A DNA stretch of 41,172 bases. Origin: Alloascoidea hylecoeti. Lineage: Eukaryota. The number at the start of each line of letters is the position of its first letter. Positions within the stretch are counted from its first letter, which is position 1. This document shows positions 1 through 9,844 of this stretch, one piece after another. The translations under genes and the position numbers were made by a program. The notes beneath the pieces are model-generated. The model worked only from the letters and a program-made list of their open reading frames with translations, was not told the origin of the DNA and made no database searches. The stretch spans positions 671,546-712,717 of the forward strand of contig BCKZ01000012.1 in the NCBI GenBank assembly GCA_001600815.1. The letters run 5' to 3'.

Positions 1-2976
1 TCACGGACCGTCAACAGTATTGATTTTAATAAAAAGCAAGGCAATCTTTTGTTATCAGGTAGTCAAGATGGTAGTATGAAGTGTTGGGATCTTCGTACAA
101 GAAGCTCCAGACCTATATTAACACTACTAGGTAATGCAGATGGTGTTCGTGATGTTAAGTTTAGTCCGTTTGATGCTAAAAAATTGGTTGGAATTTTTGA
201 AAGCGGAGTAATTCAAAAATGGGATATGGCAGCACCTCAAACTTTTGAAAAAAGATTTAATGCTCATACTGGGTCTGGGTTATCCATAGATTGGCATCCT
301 GACTATGATTATATTGTTTCTGGTGGTAGAGATAAGCAAATCCAAGTATGGAACATGTCAGCAGCAGATATACGGACTCCTGATTATCAAATAACAACTG
401 CATCGCCAATATCAAAAGTATGCTGGAGGCCTAATGATTTAAAAAATGGAATAGAAAATTCAGAGATTGCAAATTCATGCTTGAATACAGATTATTCCGT
501 CAACATTTGGAATTTAAAACGCAGACATATAGTTAAACATGTTATTATGTCACATACGGCTCCTGTAACAGGTATTGCTTTCAACTCTCCAAACACACTT
601 TTAAGTTGTTCAAAAGATAGAACTATTTTTCAGCATGAAGTTGACTCTTATCCTTTTGTTATAGAAGAACTTCAAACTCATCCTATAGCTTGGGCCTCAA
701 TAAATCAGCTTTCTTTTGTCTGTCAAGATAGTTTACTGAAACCGCAATCATCATTTCCAACACAGAATATTCCTAGTTCATCAACAACTGCCATTAGTCA
801 TAGTTTTGTTCCTATGCATCGTTCTACAACTACAGACTTTATTGGTACGACAAGTACAAGTAGTAATAATTTTAATGACTCTTTATATAATTCAGCTGCC
901 GTTACACCCTCGACATCACCTACAAATATACCTCCCAAATCATTAACAAATGGGCCTTTGTCTTCCAATGCAAACCTTTCATCAATTTCTAATAATCCTT
1001 CTGTTACACCATCTTCTGCTACATCCAATAATACAATCAACTCACAGGAAATCGTAACTGATATACGACGATCATCTACCGCATACCCAATTGCATATTC
1101 TACAAGCTCTAGTTTTCCTAACACACAATCACATAATGCATCTACTATTCCACCACCCAACATTAATACAACTGGGGTTCTAAACCTTTCACTAGCACCT
1201 TCAATATGTCCTGTTACCTTACCAATCAACGGAAATGATAGCTTCATCTATTTGGCAACAAATTATTTGATTGATGTTCCCACCGATATGTCTCTGCTTG
1301 AGGTTTTGGAGTACAATGCTGCTGTTGCGGGTATGGCAGGAAAGTTCAGAGATTGTCAATCATGGCGTATTCTTAAAAAGTCCATTGAATGGGAAGATTC
1401 AAATTCATTTAATTATGATAGCGAGAAAAAGCACCACAATCATCATCACCATTTACGAACTCGTTTTAATAATGTTCATTCTGGGAATCCCACCAAGAAA
1501 ACCAAAGATGGGAAACAAGCCCCAAAGAATGTTTCAATTAAAGTAAAAGATCTACAGTTAGAGGACACAAACATTACTGGAACAAGCGGTGGAGAATACT
1601 TAAACACAAACACAAACGAAGAAAGTGATATTTCTGATTTCGGTAATAATGGTATATCATCAGGATCTATTTCATCATCGTTTAATAGACATTCAAGTTT
1701 TAACTACAAATATCATCGACCAACAGCGTCAAATCTCACAGAGGTCTTGAGCCATAATAGCACTATGGATAGTGAAAGTGATAAAACCCGGGATTTACCC
1801 GACAGCGCTTCAAATAAACCGTCAATTATCATTGATAATAAGACCAGCAACAATAATTTGGATAAACATCGAAGTGAGAATGAAACTTCGATGGATTATG
1901 ATGTTGCCGTTCAAGGACCTATACCGATTAAGGGTGGAAACCGATCGAGTATTAGAGGAGGGTCCTCCTTATTCGGTAGTGTTGGAGCACTTGCTAATTC
2001 TGTTGATTCGTTACCTTTATTACGCTTAGGATTCAATAGAGATAACCAAACAAAAGAGGTTAGTGAAAGCATTAACAATAATGGAAGCAGTAAAATAGAA
2101 AATACTGTACTGGGTGATTCAATGTCGTCTACCAATACTATTGCCAATCTAGAACTCGGAAGCTCATCTTCTCTTAATTCTGTTGATATGACAGGGTTTC
2201 GACCAAGTGAACTTGATGCCCCGAAAGCCAGCAGTTACTTGAAAACCAAACTATTCAACAAAGAAAAGGGTACTGCCTTCACTGCTCTTGATAATAGCAT
2301 TCATGCAAATAATAATTTGTCAGGATTGAATGAGGTGACTCAACTATTAGGAGATATTTCAAATACAAAGCTACAGTTGGCTCCTCTACGCCTTGTCAAA
2401 GGAATGAAAAAAGTAAGTTTAATAGGTGAAGCACTTAGATCTAGTGAGAAAAAAATCGAACCTCCTTGGAATACGCGAAATCTAATACTAAAATGGAGTG
2501 AATATTGCTGTCAGCAGGGTGATATTGTCACATGTGCTACGTTATCTTTACTATTTTCTAACGATGATGGATCATGTGGCTTTTTGAGTAAACAAAGATG
2601 TCTAGAGTCAATTGGTCTCTATATCGAGATTTTACATCGATTACAACTGTTTGCTGTTTCAGCAAACATAATAAAGTCATGTAAACATGATCGAATAAAA
2701 AGGATGGGACAAACAGACACAGCGCTAGTGTTTGATAATACGAAACCAGACAATATTACTAAGAAATCGGGAATTTCAAATGGAAACTATACAGCAGAGA
2801 TGATTCCTGCTTTTCTAGATCAATGCATCTTATGCCGACAACCAGTTAAAAGCTTTGCTTTTGCCATTCTTGATTGTGGGCATAAAGGCCATTATCGTTG
2901 TATGAAGCAATATTTTTTGGAAGAGAAAATGACTGAATGTCCAGCAGGATGTGGTGTTACCTATATAGTTTCATAG
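1..2976 (+). CDS. RTC1: SEA/GATOR2 complex subunit Rtc1/Sea2 (WDR24 family), 5'-truncated by the window edge
   Basis: Frame is open from base 1 (SRTVNSIDFN...LLLSGSQDG). N-terminal WD40 repeats, long Ser/Asn-rich linker, C-terminal RING (CILC...CGHKGHYRC...CPAGCG). Lies near CDC33, as in S. cerevisiae. Confidence 0.9.
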   Translation, partial: SRTVNSIDFNKKQGNLLLSGSQDGSMKCWDLRTRSSRPILTLLGNADGVRDVKFSPFDAKKLVGIFESGVIQKWDMAAPQTFEKRFNAHTGSGLSIDWHPDYDYIVSGGRDKQIQVWNMSAADIRTPDYQITTASPISKVCWRPNDLKNGIENSEIANSCLNTDYSVNIWNLKRRHIVKHVIMSHTAPVTGIAFNSPNTLLSCSKDRTIFQHEVDSYPFVIEELQTHPIAWASINQLSFVCQDSLLKPQSSFPTQNIPSSSTTAISHSFVPMHRSTTTDFIGTTSTSSNNFNDSLYNSAAVTPSTSPTNIPPKSLTNGPLSSNANLSSISNNPSVTPSSATSNNTINSQEIVTDIRRSSTAYPIAYSTSSSFPNTQSHNASTIPPPNINTTGVLNLSLAPSICPVTLPINGNDSFIYLATNYLIDVPTDMSLLEVLEYNAAVAGMAGKFRDCQSWRILKKSIEWEDSNSFNYDSEKKHHNHHHHLRTRFNNVHSGNPTKKTKDGKQAPKNVSIKVKDLQLEDTNITGTSGGEYLNTNTNEESDISDFGNNGISSGSISSSFNRHSSFNYKYHRPTASNLTEVLSHNSTMDSESDKTRDLPDSASNKPSIIIDNKTSNNNLDKHRSENETSMDYDVAVQGPIPIKGGNRSSIRGGSSLFGSVGALANSVDSLPLLRLGFNRDNQTKEVSESINNNGSSKIENTVLGDSMSSTNTIANLELGSSSSLNSVDMTGFRPSELDAPKASSYLKTKLFNKEKGTAFTALDNSIHANNNLSGLNEVTQLLGDISNTKLQLAPLRLVKGMKKVSLIGEALRSSEKKIEPPWNTRNLILKWSEYCCQQGDIVTCATLSLLFSNDDGSCGFLSKQRCLESIGLYIEILHRLQLFAVSANIIKSCKHDRIKRMGQTDTALVFDNTKPDNITKKSGISNGNYTAEMIPAFLDQCILCRQPVKSFAFAILDCGHKGHYRCMKQYFLEEKMTECPAGCGVTYIVS

Positions 2977-3176
2977 ATATATTACTTAGATAGCTTTTCT
3001 AGATTTAAATTACTAGGCCACAGGTCGGTTATGTGAATTGTAATACATAATTACAAGTTTACTTGTAAATATTTCCCTATTAAGGTTATTGACTATCTAC
3101 CTAGAACCGTGCAAAACAAATGTATATGATAGCTAAATCAGAGGGAGAGAAAATACTATAATTATATCCGTACATT

Positions 3177-4067
3177 TTAACCCTCAACTGGGCTGACGTC
3201 GTCCATAATAAAATCTCTAACCGTGTCCCAATAATGTTTCTGTAAGCAAGTATCATTATGAGTTCCTTTCTCGAATCCTTTCCATCTTTTAGTTGTAGAT
3301 TTACAGAGCTCATATAATATTTTCATGTGGGCAGGTGGAACCAACTCATCATTCGCTCCACTAAGGAAAAGGAATGGCAATTCTGATCGTGTTATACCGC
3401 TTCTCATAAGCGACTCCGAGTCCCAGACTTCATGACAGAGAGAAGCAAATGGAGAGAGGAAAGGAAGAATATTTGGTATCACCTTTCTGATTGTAAGGAA
3501 GGTGTTATCAAGTATGACACCTCCAATTAAATTGTTATACTGGGGCTGCGCAGCCAAGTAGATTGCCACAGCTCCACCTAAACTGCGACCATATAAAATT
3601 AATGAGGTTGAAGATAATTGTGAATCATTTGCTATATATTCCATAGTTGTCTCGGCATCAATTTTGATTCCATTTTCGGTAGGGGAACCAGTAGAATGGC
3701 CATAACCTCTGTAAGATAACATCACAACGTTGTATCCAAGAGTTTTGTAGAAAAGCTTAACTATCGGCAAGCTATGGCCCATATTCCCTGCATTAGGACA
3801 GAGCACGAGGATAGTTTTATTGACATACTTTTTGTCTTCCGGGTTGTGCCGTATCACAAACAACTTGATGACGACTCCATCGCGTGTGGTTAAAGCTATA
3901 TCATCGTAGTTTGGCATGCCATAACTAGATGGTGTGTCCACAAATTTCCGGCCCTCCGCCATACTGCTAGGATATACCAATTTGTTCTGAAAGCCATATA
4001 GACCAACAGCTAGTGCACCGAATACAGCAAAACCAGTCGTCAACAACGCGTACAAAATAGAGTGCAT
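3177..4067 (-). CDS. Bem46/ABHD13-family alpha/beta hydrolase (YNL320W-like)
   Basis: N-terminal membrane anchor, FQNKLVYPS, CPNAGNMGH, SYRGYG, nucleophile GRSLGGAV, and acid/His motifs DELVPP and GTHNDT. First ATG is at 4067. Confidence 0.9.
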   Translation of the reverse strand: MHSILYALLTTGFAVFGALAVGLYGFQNKLVYPSSMAEGRKFVDTPSSYGMPNYDDIALTTRDGVVIKLFVIRHNPEDKKYVNKTILVLCPNAGNMGHSLPIVKLFYKTLGYNVVMLSYRGYGHSTGSPTENGIKIDAETTMEYIANDSQLSSTSLILYGRSLGGAVAIYLAAQPQYNNLIGGVILDNTFLTIRKVIPNILPFLSPFASLCHEVWDSESLMRSGITRSELPFLFLSGANDELVPPAHMKILYELCKSTTKRWKGFEKGTHNDTCLQKHYWDTVRDFIMDDVSPVEG

Positions 4068-4272
4068 TGACACAGAGAGACAAAGCAGATACAGCTAGAG
4101 GATTGCTAAGAATTTAAGTATGGATTGCTGATATCAGCATCTCGTAATCCAGGTGCACCCGGACACCCGCGGATGTGGTAACTGCCAGAACGATCCGGGT
4201 AAACTCGAGCACAGAAGATGAAAAAGCTCTGCGACCTTCAGCACACACGCACCAGTGGTATAATATTAAAGC

Positions 4273-4914
4273 ATGCCGGAACAAGAGAAGCTTACAAAAC
4301 AGGTCAATAATCTATCACTTTCCGAATCAGGGAAAGATTCAGAGGCAGTAGACCCGGAGCTTTCTGTTAAACATCCATTAAACACACTTTGGACGCTGTG
4401 GTTTACCAAACCTCAAACAGACAGAAGCGAGACATGGGCTGATCTGCTTAAACCTGTTATTTCTTTTTCAACAGTTGAAGAATTTTGGGGAATTTACAAT
4501 AATATTCCAAGAGCCGTTGAGTTACCATTGAAAGCGGATTATCATTTGTTCAGAGCGGGAATAAAACCAGAGTGGGAAGATGCATCTAACGCCCAGGGCG
4601 GCAAGTGGTCCTACCAATATAGAGACAAGAGAAAGGTTGATGTTGATGAGGTCTGGTTAAGAGCAATGCTTGGTGCTATTGGAGAAACCATTGAGGACGA
4701 TCAAAATGAGGTCAATGGTGTTGTGTTGAATGTTCGCAAATCTTTCTACAGAATTGGTCTCTGGACAAAATCTACAAGTACTGAATCTTTGCTTCCCGTT
4801 GGCAAGAGATTCAAGAAAATTCTCAACTTGGCTGACGCCGAAAACTTGGAATTTACACCCCATTCTGATGTCGAAAACAAAACTGCTAGAGTTTCCCCTT
4901 CAATCACAGTCTAG
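4273..4914 (+). CDS. CDC33: Cap-binding translation initiation factor eIF4E
   Basis: KHPL..WTLWF, TVEEFW, DYHLFR.GIKPEWED..N..GGKW, GVVLNVRK, RIGLWTK. Confidence 0.97.
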   Translation: MPEQEKLTKQVNNLSLSESGKDSEAVDPELSVKHPLNTLWTLWFTKPQTDRSETWADLLKPVISFSTVEEFWGIYNNIPRAVELPLKADYHLFRAGIKPEWEDASNAQGGKWSYQYRDKRKVDVDEVWLRAMLGAIGETIEDDQNEVNGVVLNVRKSFYRIGLWTKSTSTESLLPVGKRFKKILNLADAENLEFTPHSDVENKTARVSPSITV

Positions 4915-5148
4915 GTCTAATTCGAATATATCATCTATGTCCACAGCTACTTCATGATCTTCAATGTTAGTATTCAAATATATCCCATTCAATATGATTA
5001 TGACAGAAAGAGAAAATGCATAACATGTATAAAGATGTACTTTGCTGTTTACGAATTTTTATAATGTCAAATATTTGTCGAAAACTATGTAATGTAACAG
5101 GATGTTATATTTCTGTATGTCTTTCACCTATCATTGAATCTATCTAAT

Positions 5149-5957
5149 TTATTTGACGTAGTTCTGTAGAGATTCTAAAACCTCAACTTCAACGGCGGCC
5201 TCTGCGGCAAGAGTTTCATTACCAGAAGTAAGATTCTTATTTGCTTCGACTAATTGGGATTTGATGCTCTCAGCAGAAAAATCTTCTGGCTTGAAAGCTT
5301 CAACGGTGGTGATGCTGAGTGTGGAATTTGGTTGAACAGTTGCGAAACCACCAGCGACTGAAAAAAATAAGAAAACAAAAATGTTAGAATCATGGTATAG
5401 GAAGCCCCTTCCTTAATATGAGTACATACTGAAAAATTGTTTGCTAGTTCCTGAGCTCTCAATAACTTCCACTAAGCCGGGCTTGAGTTGTTCGATAACT
5501 GGAACGTGATTGGCTAAAACACCCATTTCACCACTGACGGCTGGAAGATTAACCTGTGTACTAAACCAAAACTGTTAGAATCATTAAAACGAACTAATGC
5601 TTCCCATTATTTAAATAATCAATTGAATTCCGAGAATCCCCAACACGACCACTTTCATTTAAATTGTGTAATTTTTCGTCGAAGATTGGTTGTGATCCGG
5701 AATTCCAAAGTATCTTAAAATTTAAAGAGCATACACTTCTGAGCTGTTGTAAATGGTCTACACATAGGTCAATTAGTATTTTCAGCTTATCACAAGCAAT
5801 ATAAAATTCATGTATAACATACCTCGTGGGGCAAAACCAAGCTGAATCTCAACTTGTCAGATGGGGCAGCAGCCTCAGCATAGGTTCTGACAGCAACACG
5901 GCTGGCCATGGCGACATTTCTGATCGGACGGAGAGCAAAGGATCTGATAAAGGACAT
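5149..5957 (-). CDS. ATP16: Mitochondrial F1 ATP synthase delta subunit; exons 5957-5823, 5757-5735, 5560-5430, 5357-5149
   Basis: Manual splicing (donors GTATGT/GTATGC/GTATGT, CTAAY branch points, YAG acceptors) gives MSFIRSFALRP...TYAEAAAPSDKLRFSLVLPHE-TIYNSSEV-TQVNLPAVSGEMGVLANHVPVIEQLKPGLVEV...FFIAGGFATVQPNS...EVEVLESLQNYVK*. Confidence 0.95.
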
Positions 5958-6160
5958 TGTTGCTGGTTTGGACAGAAGACAAGTGCAAGTTTCTGTAAAT
6001 CTACTTAAGGTGAAAAAAACCTCGATTCTAACTGGACTGAATTATCAAAACCCGGCCGGTGCGGATTGGAGGGATATCTGCACGAAGCGTCGTGGTACTT
6101 ATGCAGCTGCAAACTGCTTGTTGGACTGAATAAAGTGAGCTACAATGCTAACTATTATCA

Positions 6161-7255
6161 ATGAATAACAACGTATTATTTTCAGAAACCTTTAATATCG
6201 ATCCGGTACTCTCGCTGGATAATGCTTTTAAGGATATCCTTCTAGCTTGTGGGAATTTGATCGAAGATATCGCAATCGATCCTACAGCCAATGTATTGTT
6301 TCCAAATCCGTCACAAACCCAACTACAAAAAGAGGTGAATAAGCATGTTGCTCTGTTCAACAAAAGTCTGGATAGTATGGATCTGATGTGTCAGGATGTT
6401 ATACGTGTACTTAAGCAAGACGTGACGAGAAAGCGACGTGAGACTTTGGACGTTAAAAGGGAACACGAGCAGCCAAATATCAATCCCCAACCTACCTTAA
6501 TAGAGGAAGATAAGGATACAGATCTGATAGATTCTGTTATGTTGAATACCAGCCCAAGGAAGAACATTGAAGACCTGGATATGACGGACCCAGAAATTGT
6601 GCTTCAAAACAATGATCCAACCCAAGATCACACTGGACAAGATGTTACTGATCAAGAGTTAAATCTTGACTTTAATGTGAATGAACAAAACATCGGAAAT
6701 GATTTAGACATCGCAGCAATATTATCTAGTGTGGATAATGATGTTATGGGGATTCAAGGAAATACTGTAGATCTAGATAACATCAATGACAATGATTCAA
6801 AGGAACAAGAACAGAACAGCGAAGTAATCAGTAATAATGATATAGGAATACCTTTCGACCACGATCAACTTTCTACGAGCATCCAACCTAATGCAAAAAT
6901 GGACGATAAAGATAATAGGATAGATCCTGGTGATATTTTAAAGGGTATTAATATGAATCACACGATGGACATAGAAGACAGTATATCCATGGACCCAAAT
7001 CATGATGACGCTAATGATGATTCAGCTGAAGCTAATTTTGATCATTTCAGAGACTTTATGGGCGACCAAATGAATGATTCTCTAAACCAATCCAATAATG
7101 GCAACGACATGGATATATCAATGCCTATGGATAACTCAAATTTCTCAAATCTAGATCTGAGCTTACCCAACCCCGAGAATGGTGATCTCGAAAATAATGC
7201 TAATCAAGGAAATGAAATGAATGGACTGTTTGAAGACTTGGAATTCATGTTGTAG
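6161..7255 (+). CDS. MED2: Mediator tail subunit Med2 (Med2/Tlo family)
   Basis: N-terminal helices (LDNAFKDILLACGNL...QKEVNKHVALFNKSLDSMD) resemble the Med2 domain, followed by an Asp/Asn-rich acidic tail. Lies between ATP16 (divergent) and PTC1 (convergent), as S. cerevisiae MED2 does. Confidence 0.75.
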   Translation: MNNNVLFSETFNIDPVLSLDNAFKDILLACGNLIEDIAIDPTANVLFPNPSQTQLQKEVNKHVALFNKSLDSMDLMCQDVIRVLKQDVTRKRRETLDVKREHEQPNINPQPTLIEEDKDTDLIDSVMLNTSPRKNIEDLDMTDPEIVLQNNDPTQDHTGQDVTDQELNLDFNVNEQNIGNDLDIAAILSSVDNDVMGIQGNTVDLDNINDNDSKEQEQNSEVISNNDIGIPFDHDQLSTSIQPNAKMDDKDNRIDPGDILKGINMNHTMDIEDSISMDPNHDDANDDSAEANFDHFRDFMGDQMNDSLNQSNNGNDMDISMPMDNSNFSNLDLSLPNPENGDLENNANQGNEMNGLFEDLEFML

Positions 7256-7647
7256 GAGAGTAACTAGGAAAATCAGATTTAATCTATTAGTTATTCAAAT
7301 TTCAATTCAAATTTTAATTTCACGAAGAAAAAAAAGTATCTTCTTCAAACTATACACTGATCTAAAATTAATAGAAGGCAGAAATATAAATACCATGTAT
7401 AATATAGCCCAGTAGAATAATTTAAAGCATCAAAGGATTTAAAATTGTTCAATTGTAAAATAGGATAATTATAGCATGATATAAACTAAACACAAAATAA
7501 TAACAATCATAAAATAATAAAAGATGTTAAAAGGGATGGGAAAAAAAGAATGAAAAAAAAAGAATAAAAAGAGTTCAAAATAGTAGCAATATTAAAGATG
7601 GTCAAACTTCAATGTAATATTCCATTAGAGAGTCGGGGGATATATAA

Positions 7648-8595
7648 TTATGCTAAAACAGATTGATCTAATCGCACCACCATAACTGTTAAATTATCAC
7701 CACTGAAGTTCTCCAGGGCATATTTCACCAGTGTTTTACTAGCTTCTTGTGGATCCATAATATCTCTAACCAGTGAAACAGCATTTTGATCCCCACATAC
7801 ATCCCATAAGCCATCGCATGCTAAAATTAAAAACTCATCTTCTCCACATAGCTGTGTTTCAGTTGTGTAGGGATGGCCAGTTACCACATCTTTCATAAAT
7901 GTATCTCCTAAAGAGCGAGTTACGGCTAATACACCATTAACCCTCATTCCAACCATGAGCCCACCATTATCTTGAATTCTGGCAGCTTCTCGAGCATCAC
8001 TTCCTTTATGATCATAAGAAAGACGTATAGCTTTTCCACCACGGCATAATATAACTCTAGAATCACCAACATTGGCTGTATATAGCATACGACGCCGATT
8101 ATGCTGTTTTTCTGTCGGTTTCGTTATTGGTTGAGCTTCTCGTGGTACTGTTGATTCCCATCGCAAAAGGGCCAGGGCCGCGGTACACCCGCTTTGTGAA
8201 AGGTTATCTCTAAGCTGCTCATCAGCATTTTGAAAAGCTCTATCAAAAGCTAATGTTAAATTTTCACCTTCACTGAGTTCAGATATCTGTTTTTGAACTA
8301 GGTCATGTAAATTTGACCCACACCATCGAGAAGCGTCTTTTCCTGCGTGGCCGTCGAATATTGCAAAATATCCGCAATCTACCAGTTCAGAATAATTATA
8401 AATATAAGTGTGAACATCTTCCATTGTCCGTCTGAATCGTGAATTGCGATCTTCAGAGACTCCTACTCTAAACGAAGCTTCGGATATGTCATTTTTGAGG
8501 TTGCTACTCACTGATCTATTTTTGGTCGAGTCGACCACATTAGCAGTCTTAGAATCGGCTGCATTTGTTGCTAAAGCATCCTGCCCCGTAGACAT
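7648..8595 (-). CDS. PTC1: Type 2C protein phosphatase Ptc1
   Basis: RRTMEDVH, GYFAIFDGHAG, LYTANVGDSR, RLSYDHKGSD, RVNGVLAVTRSLGD, ILACDGLWDV, DNLTVMVV. First ATG is at 8595. Confidence 0.93.
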   Translation of the reverse strand: MSTGQDALATNAADSKTANVVDSTKNRSVSSNLKNDISEASFRVGVSEDRNSRFRRTMEDVHTYIYNYSELVDCGYFAIFDGHAGKDASRWCGSNLHDLVQKQISELSEGENLTLAFDRAFQNADEQLRDNLSQSGCTAALALLRWESTVPREAQPITKPTEKQHNRRRMLYTANVGDSRVILCRGGKAIRLSYDHKGSDAREAARIQDNGGLMVGMRVNGVLAVTRSLGDTFMKDVVTGHPYTTETQLCGEDEFLILACDGLWDVCGDQNAVSLVRDIMDPQEASKTLVKYALENFSGDNLTVMVVRLDQSVLA

Positions 8596-8766
8596 AGTTT
8601 CTGTTTCCAAGGGCCTGTAGCTAAGAGAGAACAATAAAAATTGTAAGAGGGCTTAAATCTGTGAGAGTGTGCTGGACGTTGATGTGTGGTGGTTTGAAAT
8701 TCAGGCACCAAAAATGTTACAACAGAAAAAATGACATTTGCAATAGCTAATTATAAACATTAACAT

Positions 8767-9672
8767 TCACTCGAAAACAATGCAGAAGTTATTCCGATTG
8801 GACCCGGGATTCACCATCTCTTTTTTGAAGACTTTCCTTTGGATGAAAGCCGACCCCTTCCATCTCCACAGCCAGTATTGTAGTTTCTTCGCTACGTAGC
8901 TTCTCACCAGTGCAAACCCAATCGATTCCATCATTTCCACGAGCCTGGTATGATCAAAATATCTCGAGTTGGAAACACACGGCAACGGCAACACTAAAAA
9001 GAACCCGGGAAACGGGGAATTATCGCTGATCGACTCCGGTTCCTTTAAAAACCTCGTTGCTCGTCTTAACATCTCTCCTCGTTGGGCAGCCTCGGATACA
9101 AAATTAAGCACCAGGGAACAGGATATAAGATCATACCTGTTTGACACACTTGGAACCTTCATCTCCATGAAATCCTGTTCTTCGATCCCAGGTTCCTGAG
9201 AATGTAAATCAATGCGGTCCATATCAAACACCCCACATCTCGATATTTCATTCTTCGTAGATAGACAACCTATTTCAAGAGCTCTTAGATGCGACCGTCT
9301 TCTCTCCTCAAATGAACCCAATAATTCTTTCATCCAGGACACCAGCTGTTTGGAGGAGTCTCCACCTCTGTGGCTATTCTGCCCTTGAACCGATGCTGCT
9401 TGGTACAATTCTAGTCCGCCCAGCTCTTCGATATCTTGATCTATTTTCTTCAAATGTTTCGCTATGTTAGACCTGACTCTGCTGTCTACATTCTGTAACT
9501 GAGTCTCTAATTTACTTTTATCCTTCAAGAGGACATGAAATCTTCGTATTATTTTTCTGGTATTCTTTGGTTTCAACGATTTCGGCTTTGTGATTGAGGA
9601 TGATTGCCGGGACGTGATCGATTTCGGTCTACATAGTAGCAATCCTTTCTTCGCTCGTTTATTCTTGCCCAT
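8767..9672 (-). CDS. BMT2: 25S rRNA adenine-N1 methyltransferase Bmt2
   Basis: IIRRFHVL, LGGLELYQAAS..GQ...RGGDSSK.LV.W, LEIGCLS, IDL, SLVLNFV...RGEML, NRNNF. Divergent from MAK5, as in S. cerevisiae. Confidence 0.92.
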   Translation of the reverse strand: MGKNKRAKKGLLLCRPKSITSRQSSSITKPKSLKPKNTRKIIRRFHVLLKDKSKLETQLQNVDSRVRSNIAKHLKKIDQDIEELGGLELYQAASVQGQNSHRGGDSSKQLVSWMKELLGSFEERRRSHLRALEIGCLSTKNEISRCGVFDMDRIDLHSQEPGIEEQDFMEMKVPSVSNRYDLISCSLVLNFVSEAAQRGEMLRRATRFLKEPESISDNSPFPGFFLVLPLPCVSNSRYFDHTRLVEMMESIGFALVRSYVAKKLQYWLWRWKGSAFIQRKVFKKEMVNPGSNRNNFCIVFE

Positions 9673-9844
9673 TAAGTCTTTCTATCCTGTGATACTAAAT
9701 AATTTTATTCTTTCACTCTCTTTTTTATTGTATGCTTATATAATCTAAAATTTTCAGTTTGGAAAATTTAAAAAAAATATTTCACAGACAGAAACCATCG
9801 AAATATTTTTACTTATTTACACCATTAAAATATTTTGATCAATT

